Shown here piece after piece: positions 48,156 through 61,779 of a stretch of DNA of 64,000 nucleotides. Positions within the stretch are counted from its first letter, which is position 1. Each line of letters begins with the position of its first letter. Both the position numbers and the translations under genes were made by a program. The stretch is from Planctomycetota bacterium (GTDB lineage: Bacteria; Planctomycetota; UBA11346): NCBI GenBank assembly GCA_038231435.1, contig JBBRLJ010000014.1:32001-96000 (forward strand). The letters run 5' to 3'. The notes beneath the pieces are model-generated. The model ran no database searches and was not told the DNA's origin. It saw only the letters and a list, made by a program, of their open reading frames with translations.

Positions 48156-49019
48156 TCAGGGATCCGCGCGTAACGACGAGGGCGTCCGGCCCATGATCCG
48201 CTTGAACGCCACGCTGAACGCGAAGGGATTCTCGTACCCGACGCTGCGGGCCACATCCTCGACGGTGGACCCGGTGGACGACAGCAATGCCGCGGCCCGG
48301 CGCATGCGCAGCAGGGCCACCTGGCGGAGCGGGCTGCGACCCAGATGCCGTTGGCATAGCCGCCTCAGGCGCTCCTCGCCCACGCCGACGCTGGCCGCGA
48401 GATCAGCGAGGGCCCACGGGCGCGCGAGATCGTTTTCGACCTCGCGCCACAGCGGCCACAGACGGGATCCATCCCCGGCCGCGGCCGTGGCGATGCGCAT
48501 GGCCTGGGCGTGGACCAGGGCCGACCACTGAGTCAGGATCGATGGCTCGCCCGGGCCGACCGCTTCCTGCCACAGGCCATGGACCGCCGCGCGCAGCGGC
48601 TCGGCATCGGCCTCGACCACAGTGGCGGCGGTGAGTAGCGCGAACGCCTCTTGCGCCGAAGCCTTCGCCGAGGCGGACGTCGGTGGAACGTAGCTGGCCC
48701 AACAGATACCCCAGCGCCGCGTGCCGATGGTGCGGAAACCGTGCGCCATTCCCGGAGGGGCCAGGTAAGCGCGCCCGGGGCCGAGCCGGACCCATGCACC
48801 GGCGACGAGGACCTCGCCGGAACCGGAAACGCAGGCGATGACATGGCCGAGCGGCGATGCGCGCTTGGAGAAGCCATAGCCCTTGCCGGCATCGCTGATG
48901 CCGGCGCGGCCGATGCCGAAGGCGGACAGCGCCGGCGCCGCCTCGGGGCCGACACGCCACTCGGGAGTGTCATCTCCCACCTGGTGGATCTCACGAATGC
49001 CGTGGTGGGTTGTAACCAT
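48156..49019 (-). CDS. AraC-family transcriptional regulator
   Basis: N-terminal cupin-like region; LADLAASVG...RMRRAAALL...VARSVGYENPFAFSVAFKR. Confidence 0.92.
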   Translation of the reverse strand: MVTTHHGIREIHQVGDDTPEWRVGPEAAPALSAFGIGRAGISDAGKGYGFSKRASPLGHVIACVSGSGEVLVAGAWVRLGPGRAYLAPPGMAHGFRTIGTRRWGICWASYVPPTSASAKASAQEAFALLTAATVVEADAEPLRAAVHGLWQEAVGPGEPSILTQWSALVHAQAMRIATAAAGDGSRLWPLWREVENDLARPWALADLAASVGVGEERLRRLCQRHLGRSPLRQVALLRMRRAAALLSSTGSTVEDVARSVGYENPFAFSVAFKRIMGRTPSSLRADP

Positions 49020-49081
49020 GGTAATTCCCATGCCGTGGTACCTATGATCGAGGATACCACGAATCCATCGGGAGCCCACTC

Positions 49082-49942
49082 ATGAACGCACCAGACTTGC
49101 TCGCCACGGCGCCTGCGCGGCATTCCCGTCCTGCGTTCCAGACTACAGAAGCGGCCCTGAGTCCCGACCAGGTGGCGGCCTACCGACGCGACGGACTGCT
49201 CTTCCCCCTTCCGGTGTACGACCGATCCGCCATCGCTGCCAACCGCGCCGGATTCGAGCGGCTGCTGACCCGGCTGCCGCGCGGCGCCGACGCGTTCTCG
49301 ATCAACGCCTGGCACCTCACCGACCGCTTCGTCTACGACCTCTGCACCAGTCCCCGGCTCCTGGACTACGTCGAGGCGCTGATCGGCCCGGACATCCTGC
49401 TGTGGGGCAGCCACTTCTTCTGCAAAGAGCCTGGAGACGGCAAGACCGTCGGCTGGCACCAGGACGCCCGCTATTGGCCGCTCGCCCCCCATCGCTCGGT
49501 TACGGCGTGGCTGGCGATCGACGACAGCGACGTGGGCAACGCCGCGATGCGCATCCTGCCCGGCACCCATGGCAACGGCCTGCTGCCGCACCAGCAGGGC
49601 GGCCAGCCGGACAGCCTCCTCGACCTGGCCCTCGACAGCGACGTGGTGCGCGGCCTCGCTCTCGATGACGCGCAGGCCACCGCGGTCGAACTGAAGGCGG
49701 GAGAGATCTCGCTGCACGATGACAATGTGATCCACGGCTCGCCAACGAACGCCTCACAGCGCCGGAGATGTGGTCTGACCATGCGCTTCATGCCACCCGA
49801 GGTGCGCTGCGACACGAGCGTGTGGCCTCATTTCAGCGCGATCGTGGTGAGGGGCGAGGACCGGGTGGGAGCGAATCGGCTGGCTCAGGCACCGAGAGAG
49901 GGGATGGAGTCGAGGGCGATCTTGGAGGGGCATCCGTATTAG
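49082..49942 (+). CDS. Phytanoyl-CoA dioxygenase (PhyH) family Fe(II)/2-oxoglutarate oxygenase
   Basis: WHQD...IHGS facial triad and RRCG (2OG-binding Arg); divergent from AraC. Confidence 0.92.
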   Translation: MNAPDLLATAPARHSRPAFQTTEAALSPDQVAAYRRDGLLFPLPVYDRSAIAANRAGFERLLTRLPRGADAFSINAWHLTDRFVYDLCTSPRLLDYVEALIGPDILLWGSHFFCKEPGDGKTVGWHQDARYWPLAPHRSVTAWLAIDDSDVGNAAMRILPGTHGNGLLPHQQGGQPDSLLDLALDSDVVRGLALDDAQATAVELKAGEISLHDDNVIHGSPTNASQRRRCGLTMRFMPPEVRCDTSVWPHFSAIVVRGEDRVGANRLAQAPREGMESRAILEGHPY

Positions 49943-50009
49943 CGGATGGCGGATGGCGGATGGCTCTGAGCACCCTGTGCCATCCCCGATCAGCCATGTG
50001 CTATCCGCC
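49941..50009. repeat. GCGGATG heptamer array with inverted partner, possible hairpin after phyH
   Basis: gcggatg gcggatg gcggatg ... ccatccc ... gctatccgcc. Confidence 0.55.
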
Positions 50010-50322
50010 TTGGTCCTTTCTCGCTTCACTCGATTGTCGCGATCGGCCAGGCAGTAAAGGTCTGCGGCCGGAGCGGCCTTGCCGCGGAAGAACCGCGGTG
50101 CCTCCGCGGCGAGCCGGCGCTCCGCCGGCCGTCCTTGACTCCGAGCACGTCCGCGACAATCGCGCCACTCAGGAGAAATCGCAATCCACTCCGCGAGCTT
50201 CAAAGCCTCACAGCTTCTTCGAACTGACGCAGCTTCGAGGCTTCTTCGTGCCGCGCGCAAGGCCACGCCAGCCAGCCGGGTGCGGCGTGCACTAGCGATG
50301 CTAGCCTCCAGACCACATAGCC

Positions 50323-50754
50323 TCAAAGCCTCTCCGGTAGTCCCGCCCCCGTCCTCCCCGCCACCACCACCAACCCCCTCTCCATCAACATCTGCAGATA
50401 CATCGTCATCAGCACTCTCGCCTCATGGAACGACAGCCGGTGCTCCTGAGCCAGCCAATCGACCAGCGACTCCACCGTCGCCACGCCATCCACCTTCCGC
50501 CAGACCTCGAGTCCGAGTCCGTCCAGGCGGTAGGACTTGGTGCGCCGCAGCTTCAGCAGCGAGGCCAGCGGCCTGAGGACCGGGCCGTAGCTCAGCGGCA
50601 CGGTGAGTGTCGCGGCATCCTGCAGTTCGACTGCCTCGACGCGCTGGTTGCGCACCGGGATGGCTGCGAGGCGCTCGGCGTATGAGAGATCAGCGGCCTT
50701 CGGCGCGCCACGCTTCCTCGCCAGGATCGGGGGCGAGGGGTCAGCCGACGACAT
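50323..50754 (-). CDS. Stand-alone PqqD-family (RiPP recognition element-like) protein
   Basis: YRLDGLGLEVWRKVDGVATVESLVDWLAQEH...YLQMLMERGLV matches the PqqD winged-helix pattern. Confidence 0.8.
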   Translation of the reverse strand: MSSADPSPPILARKRGAPKAADLSYAERLAAIPVRNQRVEAVELQDAATLTVPLSYGPVLRPLASLLKLRRTKSYRLDGLGLEVWRKVDGVATVESLVDWLAQEHRLSFHEARVLMTMYLQMLMERGLVVVAGRTGAGLPERL

Positions 50755-51638
50755 CGTCGGGCTCCAGGCGTGGATGCTTGGGTGGTCCCACCTGCTCGAT
50801 CGCGTAGATACGGCCCTCTGTCGGATCGTGCCACATCCAGGCGTCGCCGGGCCACCAGGCGCCGGTGAGCATTTCCATCCGGCGTTCGCCACGGCGTTCG
50901 AAAGCCGTACGCACGCCGCGCAGGCCACGGAACTCGACCGGTTGCGACGACATCACCCGCGAGCGCGCGCGGGAGAGCAGGCGACGATGCAGGCCCGCCA
51001 GGTCGAGCCCAGCGAGCACCGCGCGATCGAGGCCGATGCGGCGGGCAGTGAGATGCAGATCCTTAGCGGTCTCGAAGGTGATCGCCACGTTCGCCGGTTC
51101 GGGCGAGATCGCCTCGAATGCGAAGGGCTCTGGCAGCTGGAGCGATACTCCGAACAGCTCGTGGCGCCTCGGCCAGGCGTGATTGGGGCGGAACGATTCC
51201 AGGAGCGGCAACAGGGTCGAGGCGGCGAACGCCTCGTCATGCTCGGGAAAGATCCACTGCAGCAGCGTGCGCGTAGAGTGCTGGTAGAGCGAGGCGTAGG
51301 CGGGCAGCCCGGGCCGGTGCCAGGCGAAGAGGAACTGCCCGACGACGCTGGTGCTCAACGCGGCGAAGACCGAGGCGTCCGCGGGCGCGGCCTTCGCCAG
51401 GAAGCGGCGATGCACCTCGTCGAGGATGCGTGGCTGGTCCGGGGTCTGGGGCACGGTCCGCCACACCAGCTGGCCGCGCGGACGCACGCGCTCGTAGAAC
51501 TGGAACTGGCCCTCATCGTTCGCGAAGTGATGGCCGGTGATCTCCCACCAGAGGGGCAGCGTGAACGAGAATCCCCGCCACGACAGCCTGCGGATGCGCT
51601 CGATGTACGGCGGCACGAGCGTCGCGCCTGCCGGCGGA

Positions 51639-51649
<11 letters not shown>
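50741..51649 (-). CDS. Hypothetical protein, about 300 aa
   Basis: Overlaps both neighbours, no TM segments, Trp-rich. Start inferred at GTG 51649. Confidence 0.75.
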
Positions 51650-52475
<826 letters not shown>

Positions 52476-52480
52476 GTTGG

Positions 52481-54469
52481 TCAGTAGGGCAGCGAGGTGG
52501 TGGCCTTGGTCAGGAAGACGATGCCGATGCAGAACATGGTGACCAGGCCGACGCCGCAGAAGTATCCGGCGCTGAGCACCGGCACGTATTCGCGCCAGCG
52601 CAGACCCAGTTTCCTCTCGAAGTAGTAGCGGCCGACCAGCGCGCCGATGAACTGCGGTATCACCGAATGCGGATAGGTCTGGCCGATGCCGCGGATCAGG
52701 CCGTACAGCAACGTCACCGGGGCATTGAAGAACGACAGCACGCCGAACACCACCATGCCGACGATCAGCCCTGCCGTGACCTTCATGCCCGAGAGCGCTT
52801 CCTGGAACACCGAGTATTCGCCGGTGGTCGACGACATCATCACCAACTGGTTCTTGGCGTTGAGTTCCCACATCTTCTGCGCGAACGGGTAGACTCCCGA
52901 CGGGATCTCGGCGAGGCTCCAGATGAAGTTCGCAAACACCAGGTTGGCGATGATGATAACCGGGAAGAGCATCACCTCGGCCTTCCAGATCGAAGTGAAC
53001 TTGGTGCCGGTCAGCTCAGCCTGACGATAGAAGACCGTCTGCACGCCGTAGTTGCTCATCGGCACTGGCAGGAACCACACCAGGATGCCGCCCTTGTAGC
53101 CCGAGAGGATGAACGCCAGCTCGCGGATGAACGGGATCTCTATCACCTGGCCGGCGATGCCCTCGAGGCGTGCGGTGACGTAGCTGATGATCGGCGTGTA
53201 GAGGAAGCCGAAGAAGAACAGCACCACCATCACACCGGGATGCCAATCGATGAGGTAGCCGCATACGCCGATATAGATCAGGGTAGAGACCAAGTAGCAC
53301 GCCATGACCCACGTATTGGGGATGTCGCCGCGGCCTGGCGGGGTCGAGATCTCGGCGCCGTGCGGAGCGGCCTCCATCGCGGCCTTGTCCTCCTTCGAGC
53401 GGCGCAGCTTGAGCACCGCCATGAAGCCGATGATCGCCACCGCCAGCGACAGCCCGATGCCGAAGCTGAAGTAGAAGTCGATCGAGTTCTTTAAGATGGT
53501 GTCGTTGGTGCCATCGCCCGGGGTCCACGAGGACAGGATGCCCGCGTGATAGAGCAGTGGATTCATGACCATGGTCGCGATCAGGCCGATGAACGATCCG
53601 ACCATGGCGTAATACGGCATGACCATGCCCACGATGATCAGGCCGAGATCGAAGACCATGCCGGTCGCGACCGCCGGGAGGATGTCCTTGGTGTAGGTCG
53701 TCCAGTCCACGAACGGAATCGGGAAGATGGTATACGGATTGCCGTGGAAGAAGGCACCGGTGAGCGTCGGCAGCCCCATATAGAGGATACCGAAGGCCAT
53801 GCCCAAGGCCCCACCGATCGAGAATATGCGCCAGCGCCACGAACTCTCGGCCTTCTCCTTGCCCTCGAGGTCGTCGGACAGCGCGAGGATGCCCTGCGCG
53901 CCGATCGGGGCGAGCGGGAACGGCAGCTTCTCTATGTCGCTGGTCAACCGGAAGAGCCCGTAGCCCAGCACCGCGTTGTCGATCTTGCTGAAGAACTGTC
54001 GGAACAGCCACAGGCCGAGCGCCGGCATCCAGGCCAGCTGGAAGAACGAGCGATGGTCGTAGACGGACGGATCCGTGGGGGCGAACCATTTCGGGAACAA
54101 CGAGGTCATGCCCTGCGAGGTGGCGGCGTCACTGCGGACCAGGAACTGGTTCCAGAGCAGGTTCCCATATACCGCCTGGCCCATGATCGAACCGGACATG
54201 TAGAAGAGCACGAACAACTGCGGGCGCGAGAGCTTGGCGTTGGCGCGCTTGGCGATCTCGATGAAGAGGATGACCGTCACCCACTGCGCGGCCGAGCCCA
54301 CGCCCATGCCAGCGAGCAGCTCCATGTACAGCGCGCCCGGCACCATCACCAGCGCGATGAACAGTACGCCGATGAACGACGACGTCGAGAAACCTTCGCC
54401 GAAGGTCGACGGCACCGTCATCAGGTTGCGGTACTGCTCGAGCTCCTTGTCGATCTTGTGCTCAGCCAT
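52481..54469 (-). CDS. OPT-like (oligopeptide transporter superfamily) membrane protein
   Basis: Many TM helices and an EKLPFP motif typical of OPT proteins. Start trimmed to ATG 54469. Confidence 0.72.
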   Translation of the reverse strand: MAEHKIDKELEQYRNLMTVPSTFGEGFSTSSFIGVLFIALVMVPGALYMELLAGMGVGSAAQWVTVILFIEIAKRANAKLSRPQLFVLFYMSGSIMGQAVYGNLLWNQFLVRSDAATSQGMTSLFPKWFAPTDPSVYDHRSFFQLAWMPALGLWLFRQFFSKIDNAVLGYGLFRLTSDIEKLPFPLAPIGAQGILALSDDLEGKEKAESSWRWRIFSIGGALGMAFGILYMGLPTLTGAFFHGNPYTIFPIPFVDWTTYTKDILPAVATGMVFDLGLIIVGMVMPYYAMVGSFIGLIATMVMNPLLYHAGILSSWTPGDGTNDTILKNSIDFYFSFGIGLSLAVAIIGFMAVLKLRRSKEDKAAMEAAPHGAEISTPPGRGDIPNTWVMACYLVSTLIYIGVCGYLIDWHPGVMVVLFFFGFLYTPIISYVTARLEGIAGQVIEIPFIRELAFILSGYKGGILVWFLPVPMSNYGVQTVFYRQAELTGTKFTSIWKAEVMLFPVIIIANLVFANFIWSLAEIPSGVYPFAQKMWELNAKNQLVMMSSTTGEYSVFQEALSGMKVTAGLIVGMVVFGVLSFFNAPVTLLYGLIRGIGQTYPHSVIPQFIGALVGRYYFERKLGLRWREYVPVLSAGYFCGVGLVTMFCIGIVFLTKATTSLPY

Positions 54470-57400
54470 GGGCGGAGCCCCCTGTCTTAGCCAGGGCGAG
54501 GTCGCGGTCCGCCGAGACGGCGCGCTGCGCCAGCGCATGGTAATGCTCGACCGTGTCGAGCGGCAGCGAACGCCAGCGCAGGAACTGCTCGCGCAGATCG
54601 TCGATGAACCCGCGATTACCGCGCATCCAGGTTCCGGGCGCTCCGTTGAGGCGCTTGAGTTCGACCACCACCTCGTCGATGCCCGGGATGTCCGAGGGCT
54701 GCGTGGTCATGGTGAAGCGCTGGAAAACTCCGAGGTCGAACGGCGCGAGCGCCACCTCGGCGGTGATGCCCATGTTGCGGCCGCCGCCTGGACGGGCCTC
54801 GGAGACGATGCTGATGTCGCGGGCGGAGAAGGCACCCAGCGAGGCGTCGCCATGGTTCTCGAAATGCTCGCGGATGAAGGCGAGGATGCCGGTGATGCTG
54901 TCGGCCGAGACCGTGAACGGGAAGGTGAAGCGCAGCACATCGCCCTCGGGCTTTGGCATCTTCCACTTCCGCGCCACGCCCGGATTGGCCGAGCGACCGG
55001 CCATCAGCGCGGGATAGATGGTCGAGAGCATCACCGTGGCCATGACGATCAGGATGGTCGCGATCGACGAGAACGAGGAGAAGTTGATGTCGGGGACGTC
55101 CGCGAGGCCGAATGCGGACAGGACCGACAGCAGCTTGACCACCACCTGGCTGATCAGATAGCCACCCATGCCTCCGATCACGGCGAACACCGCGGATTCG
55201 GCGAAGAACAGCGCGCCGACGTCGGGCGGGGCGAGGCCGAGCGCGCTGAAGGTGAAGATCTCCTTCTGGCGGTCGACGATCGAGCCCAGCAACGAGCTGA
55301 AGATGATCAGGCCACCGAGCAGCAGCGGCACCAGGACCTCCATGAAACCCGAACCCTCGATCGCCTGGGTGAAGAAGAAGCGCCTGGAACCCGAAGCGCT
55401 GGTCGCCACCACCGGCCCGTCGATGTACTCGGCGAGTTCGCGGGCGTCGGCATCGACGTCGGCCCCCTCCTTCGGATAGAGCGTCACCAGGTTGGTGTAT
55501 GACCCGAGCTTGCCCATTCCGGGAAATGTGGCGACCGCGACCAGGTCCGCGGAGCTGAAGATGAAATTATTCACATCGAGGCCGCGGAAGGTGTTCGCGA
55601 GGTTGTTGAAGCCGTCGGAGCGCGCGCCGTTGGCGGCGAAGGTGGCATCGAAGTTGGGCGGTACGATGCGCGTGCCGTCGATGTTCTCGATGTGCTTGAG
55701 CTTGACGCCCTCGAAGATCCCGGCCACGCGGAAGCGCTGGCCGCGGATGACGATGACATCCCCGACCGCGGCCGTGAGCTTGTCGGCGACGGTTCGCGGC
55801 AGCAGTAGCGGCGGGTCGCCGACGGTCGAAGCCACCGAATTCCCATCAGGCTGGGCGGCTGCCTGAGCCGCCAACGGCGCGAACATCGGATCCAGGCGCG
55901 GGACCTCGGCCGGATCGACCACCAGCACCGCCTCGAGCGCCTGCATCTGCTGGTTGCGCGGATTGCGTGCGATGTTCACCACGTCGTCGTGGAATTCGGA
56001 CATGGTCGGATCGCGGAACGACGCTCCACGCTCGCGCATCTCGTAGCGGTCCTGGAACAGCACGGCGATGGTGTCGCGCAGGCGATATGGGATCGAGAGG
56101 AACGACGGCGTATGGAATTCTATGCGCGCGTCGCCGTGAGCCGCGCCGAGATAGGTCTCCACCACCGCGAGCGACGAGCTGAACGATGCGAACACCAGGA
56201 TGGTGAAGGTGAGCAGCGCCACGGTGGTCGCGGTGAGGAAGGTCTTCAGGGGCCGGTTGCGCATCCCCGAGATGCCGATGGCGACGGCGGCGAACGCGGT
56301 GCCGCCCTCGGCGGAACCGCCGTGCACCTTCGACGACAGCCCCTGCATCGCCCGCAGCTCGTGCTTGAACTTCGCCATGACCACGTGGATCACGAACGCG
56401 CTGAGTAGGATGATGATGAACGCGAGGAAGATGATGATCGGCGCCTCGGCCAGCGCGAAGGCCGGATGGGTCTCGTAGAGGATGCCGAAGGTGGCGAGGA
56501 AGACGCCCAGGAAGCCGGCGATCTGCCGGTAAATCGAGGTGAAGCCGAACACCAGCCGCTCGACGGCGAAGGCGAAGGGCAGGCACAGGAGCAGCAGGAT
56601 GATCACCGCCTGGACGAGGTCGTTGGCGTTGTCGCGTAGCGGCTGGTGCACCCGATGCCCGAGCATGTCGGCGATGGTCTCGTGGGCGGTGGCGAGCCGA
56701 CTGTGGTTCTTGGCGCGGGCCTCGGCTGCCAGGTCGAGATGGTCCTCGGCGTCGGCCTGCAACTTCTCGAGCGGCTTGTTGATGATGTTGCGCGAACGCA
56801 GGGTCTTCAGGCGCTGCAGGTTGAGGTTCGCCAAGTCGTGGGACGCGACGCTGCTGGGATCGATCGACAGCATCGATCGGGGATCGAGCGGCAAGCCGAT
56901 CCCCGCGGGGCTCTCGGGCGTGGTGCCGAACATGTCGATGCCGTTACCGAGATATTTGAAAGGCGCGCGCTGATCCTGGTAGAAGACCTCGAGATGGTTG
57001 AATCCTGCCGAGAACCGGTTCTTGGACTCGGTATCGCTGCGCGCGATGAGCAGGTGGCCGATGTTCGCGATGTTGTAATCCAGCGGCAGCAGGGGCGTGA
57101 AGAACCCGCCGCCGTATCCGTAGTGGAGCGAGGCGCGCGAGCCGCCCGACGAGCCGATGACGGTGAAGCGGTCGATGCCGCCGCTCGCGTCGAAGCCGAA
57201 GGCCCCCACCCTGCCGTTGGTTCCGCCCCACGACATCTGCACGACGTTCGGGGCGAAGACGTGGCCCGTCGGGTCGACGGCAGACATCGCGAAATCGCAT
57301 CCTCCGACGATATAGCGCGGCTCGGCGCCGATCATCGCATTCGGGAAGCTACCCACATACATGATGGCATCGCTCGACGGTCCCTGGACGTCATCGCTGC

Positions 57401-59433
57401 CCTTGGCGGTATCCACCACCTCGAGTCCGGTGAGCTTGCCGTCGGCACCGGTGAGCACCAGCTGGGTAGTCATGTCCGCCGTCGGTATGTCGGTCGACGG
57501 CAGGTTGGGAGACGCCGCCAGCGCGGTGATGAAAGCCGTCAGCTGGGGCGAGAGCGCGAGCAGGTCGGCGTCGCGCCGCACCGGCATCTCGTCGGCATCC
57601 AGCGGATCGCCAACGGTCTGCAGCTGGAAGCCCGACACACCGAGCGAGAACGCTGCGGTCGATGGCACGCTGCGCTGATGTGGCGTGCACAGCGCGTCGA
57701 ACCGGAAGGTGACGCTCTGGTCAGGTGTGTAGAGCTGCGCACGCTGCTGCTTGGGCAAGGACGCATACACTTCTTGATAGGCGCGCAGCTGCTTCGAGAA
57801 GGTTCCGGGCGTGACGTCTTTATGCCTCGAACAGCTGTCGGCGCCGAATGGAGAGAACATCCAGGTCTCGTCGCTCGAGGCGAAGTCGAAGGCGAAGTGC
57901 GCGGCGATGACTTCCGGGATACCCGGATTGTCGACGGTGCCCGCCGGCTTGATCGCTGCCTCGAGTTCAAGGAACGAGCGGGTATGCCGCAGCAACGATT
58001 CGAAATACGCCTTCGACGCCCGTGAGGTCTGGGAGAGGTCGGCCAGGATCGAGGAGAAACCCTCGGCATCGGTGATGTTCTTGGCGGCGAGTTGGCCGCG
58101 CAGCTGGTTCCACAGCGTCTTCTTGTCGTTCAACTCCGCTTGACGCTGGAGCACAGACGTCAGCGTGGCGCGAACCTCGGCCAACCTGGCGGTGGCCGCG
58201 GCGGCCGCCTCGCCCGCCGCAGCGAGCTCGGTCTTTTCGAGATCCTTGATCTCGCGCTGGTATCCGAGCTCGTCGAGGGTGCACTGGCGCAGCTCGAAAT
58301 TGATGTTGTTCACCAGACCCACGAGGTGGCGCTTCGCCTGCAGGTACAGCTCGACGGAATCCGCGTCGGTGCCGCTCACGAATCCAGGGCTCTCGAGCAG
58401 CGCGAGCCGGCGACCGAGGCGCGTCACCTGGTCCTGGCACAGGTCCTTCTCGCGGATGGCGAGACTGTCGGTGTCCTTGGCGTGCTCTGCCTTGTTGACC
58501 ACGTAATAGAAATGGCGCGCGCCGTCCTGGGCCGCGTGGTGGCTGCCTAGGAAGAGCACGTAGACCGAACGGTCGAGGGGCGTACGCGCAAGCCGTCCAG
58601 CCACCTCGGCGAGCAGCGCGGCGTTGGCCGCCCAGCGCAGCTGCGGATCGAGATCGGGGATCGCGCCGAAGGTGTCGACGTTGGCAGAGAGCACCAGCGC
58701 CTTGGGATTGGCGACCGCGGCCCCGGCCTCCTGCTCCACTGGCTCGACGGCCTTGCCCTGGATCTTCGCCCACAGGTTCGTGGCGACGACCCGCTCCCAG
58801 CGCACCGACAGGTCGAGCGATGCCTGGATGCTGCCATCCGCGGTGAGCAGGCCCGCCGCCTGCGCGGCCGGACGATCTATCCACACTCGGGGGAGCGAGA
58901 CTGGCAGCGTGGTGAAGTGCGATTCGATGTTCCACTGATTCGCCTGGTCATTGCCGACGAACACCACCGCGCGCGCGCCTTGGCTGAACACCTCGGCGAG
59001 ATGCGTGCTGCCGAACTCCATCACCGCGATGGCGCCGGCGATGGGCTTGCCGTCGAGAGCCTCGAGCGAGCCGTCACCGACATAGAGCAGCGGGCCGGTC
59101 GCCGGGGAGCCCCAGGTGGTCGCCGGCGCGACGCCGTTGGGCGCCAACGGCAACACCGGACCCACCTCATGGCCATCGATGGTCAGGCGGCAGACCTTGG
59201 TCACCGGCACCAGGGTATCGTAGGTCTGGCGGTGGACGGCGAGGCCGGCCCCCGCCAGGGCCTTCTCGATCGCATCGAGCGAAGCCGTGTACCCAGCGCT
59301 CCCGGGCAGGCGCTGGTCATGGCTCGAGAGCTCGCGCATCACCGCCGCGTACGCCGCGCCTTCGGCGGCGGAATCTGCGGCGGAGAGCCGCGCCGCGCCG
59401 ATCAGCAGCGCGAGCGCAAAGCAGGCGAACGCC

Positions 59434-59441
<8 letters not shown>
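54462..59441 (-). CDS. 1659-aa FtsX/MacB-type permease fused to N-terminal PA/M28 peptidase-like domain
   Basis: Signal peptide; RLPGSAG...NLWAKI...LVLSANVD (M28-like); coiled coil; TM block; GMRNRPLKTFLT; periplasmic domain; DRQKEIFTFSALGLAP...FFAE (FtsX). Confidence 0.8.
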
Positions 59442-60209
<768 letters not shown>

Positions 60210-60213
<4 letters not shown>

Positions 60214-61775
60214 TCGACCCTCATCGCATCCATCGGCGCCATCCGCGAAGCCGACCACGACGGATAGATCGAGGCCAGGGTTGAGAGCGCCACGCCGGTG
60301 CCGACGCAGATCAACCCGCACTGCATAACCGAGACAACCGGGAAGTACGAGAATAGGTAGACACCGTAGATCAGTGAGCACTTGATCAGTGCCAGGACCA
60401 GCCCGATGGCGGTCCCGACCAGCCCGCCCGAGAACCCCTGTACCGACGCTTCCATGAGGAATTGTTGGAGGATGAAGCCATCGGTCGCGCCCAGGCACTT
60501 CATCGTCGCGATCTCGCGGAAACGCTCGGTGATGGCCATGAGCATGGCGTTGGTGATGCCGACCATGCAGACCACGAACGATATCGCCATGAGGAACGCC
60601 TGCCGGCCGCTGATGAGTCCCTGGCCCGACTGGCCCGGCGGCTGGCGCTCGACCACCGCCTTCTCGACCAGGAGCAAACGGTTCTCCTCAGCGACGTCCC
60701 GTGAGATCTCACTCAGCTGCTGCGGTGTCCACGTTCCTCCGAGGATGGTGGCGACCCGCTGGTCGTCGAGCACGAGCATCTTCTTGTCGATCAGGGGATC
60801 CTCGAGGAACGCCTTGTGCCAGGCGGCATGGCACTCGTCGGTCGACAACCGGTCGCGAACCTCGTTTCGCCGCTTCGCCCTGGCCAGCCCATCATGCACC
60901 AGTCGCACCTGGTCCGGAGTGTCGGCGAAGCCATGGGCGGCCAAGCATGCCTGGAACGATATGAGGAAGGCCGCCTCGCCCTGCGCGAGCGCGTCGGCCA
61001 TGCGCCGCCTGAACGCCTCGACCGAGGCATCGGCCGAGGCTTGGGCGAGGACCGGCGGGGAATGTCCGGCACCGCCAGCATCGGCGTCCGGCGCCGCCGC
61101 ACGGTCGATGGGAGCGAGATCGTCTCGCAGGCGTGCTACCGCCGTCCGCCACGACTGCGTGAGTCCGGCGAGCCGTTCGACATAGCCCAGGTGCCCATCT
61201 GCCGAGGCCTTCAGTTCATTCAGCGGCATGGGCGGCTTGAGCGCGTGCAGCTGCGCCAGTTCGGCGTCGAATCCCGTCCATCGGCTGGCATCGGCGAGAT
61301 ACGCGAAGATCTCGGCGCCCTTCGATTTGCGCACCAGGATGGCGCGGCTGCCGGCGTCCATGCCATCGAAGAACGCCATGACCCGGGACTCGCGACGGCT
61401 CTCGGCAGCGAGCGCGCGCACCTGCTCGAGCTGGGCTCCGCTGACGGCGGCGATCTCGCCCAGCGCGAGCGGGCGACCGTCCGCGGCGACGAGGCGCGCG
61501 GCCATGCCGATCTGGTCGACGTCCGAGACCCACACGGCGAGGCGCTGCGAGGCGAACCGGCGCGCGGCGTTCTCGACGGCGACGCCGCCTCCGACGGATT
61601 TGGTGAATGCGCTCTCGCAGAGCAGCACCATGAAGAACGCCACGGCCAGGACGATCACTGTCAGGGTGAGCAGCGAGCGGAACAGGCGGTGCGCGATGCC
61701 CTTGAGGCACAACGCGAACGCCTTCCCGAGCGGGATCTTGTGTTGCTGGCGGACATCGATGATGGGAGCGTTCAT
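60210..61775 (-). CDS. FtsX-family ABC permease with large helical extracytoplasmic domain
   Basis: RSLLTLTVIVLAVAF at the N-terminus; GITNAMLMAITERFREIATMKCLGA and YPSWSASRMAPMDAMRVE at the C-terminus. Confidence 0.88.
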
Positions 61776-61779
61776 GATG

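Noticed and set aside
49754..50326. 190-aa ORF coupled by TTGA to PqqD as a candidate precursor peptide
   Set aside because: TTG start, runs through repeats and hairpins, overlaps phyH antisense, and has Arg/Ala-rich shadow-like composition.
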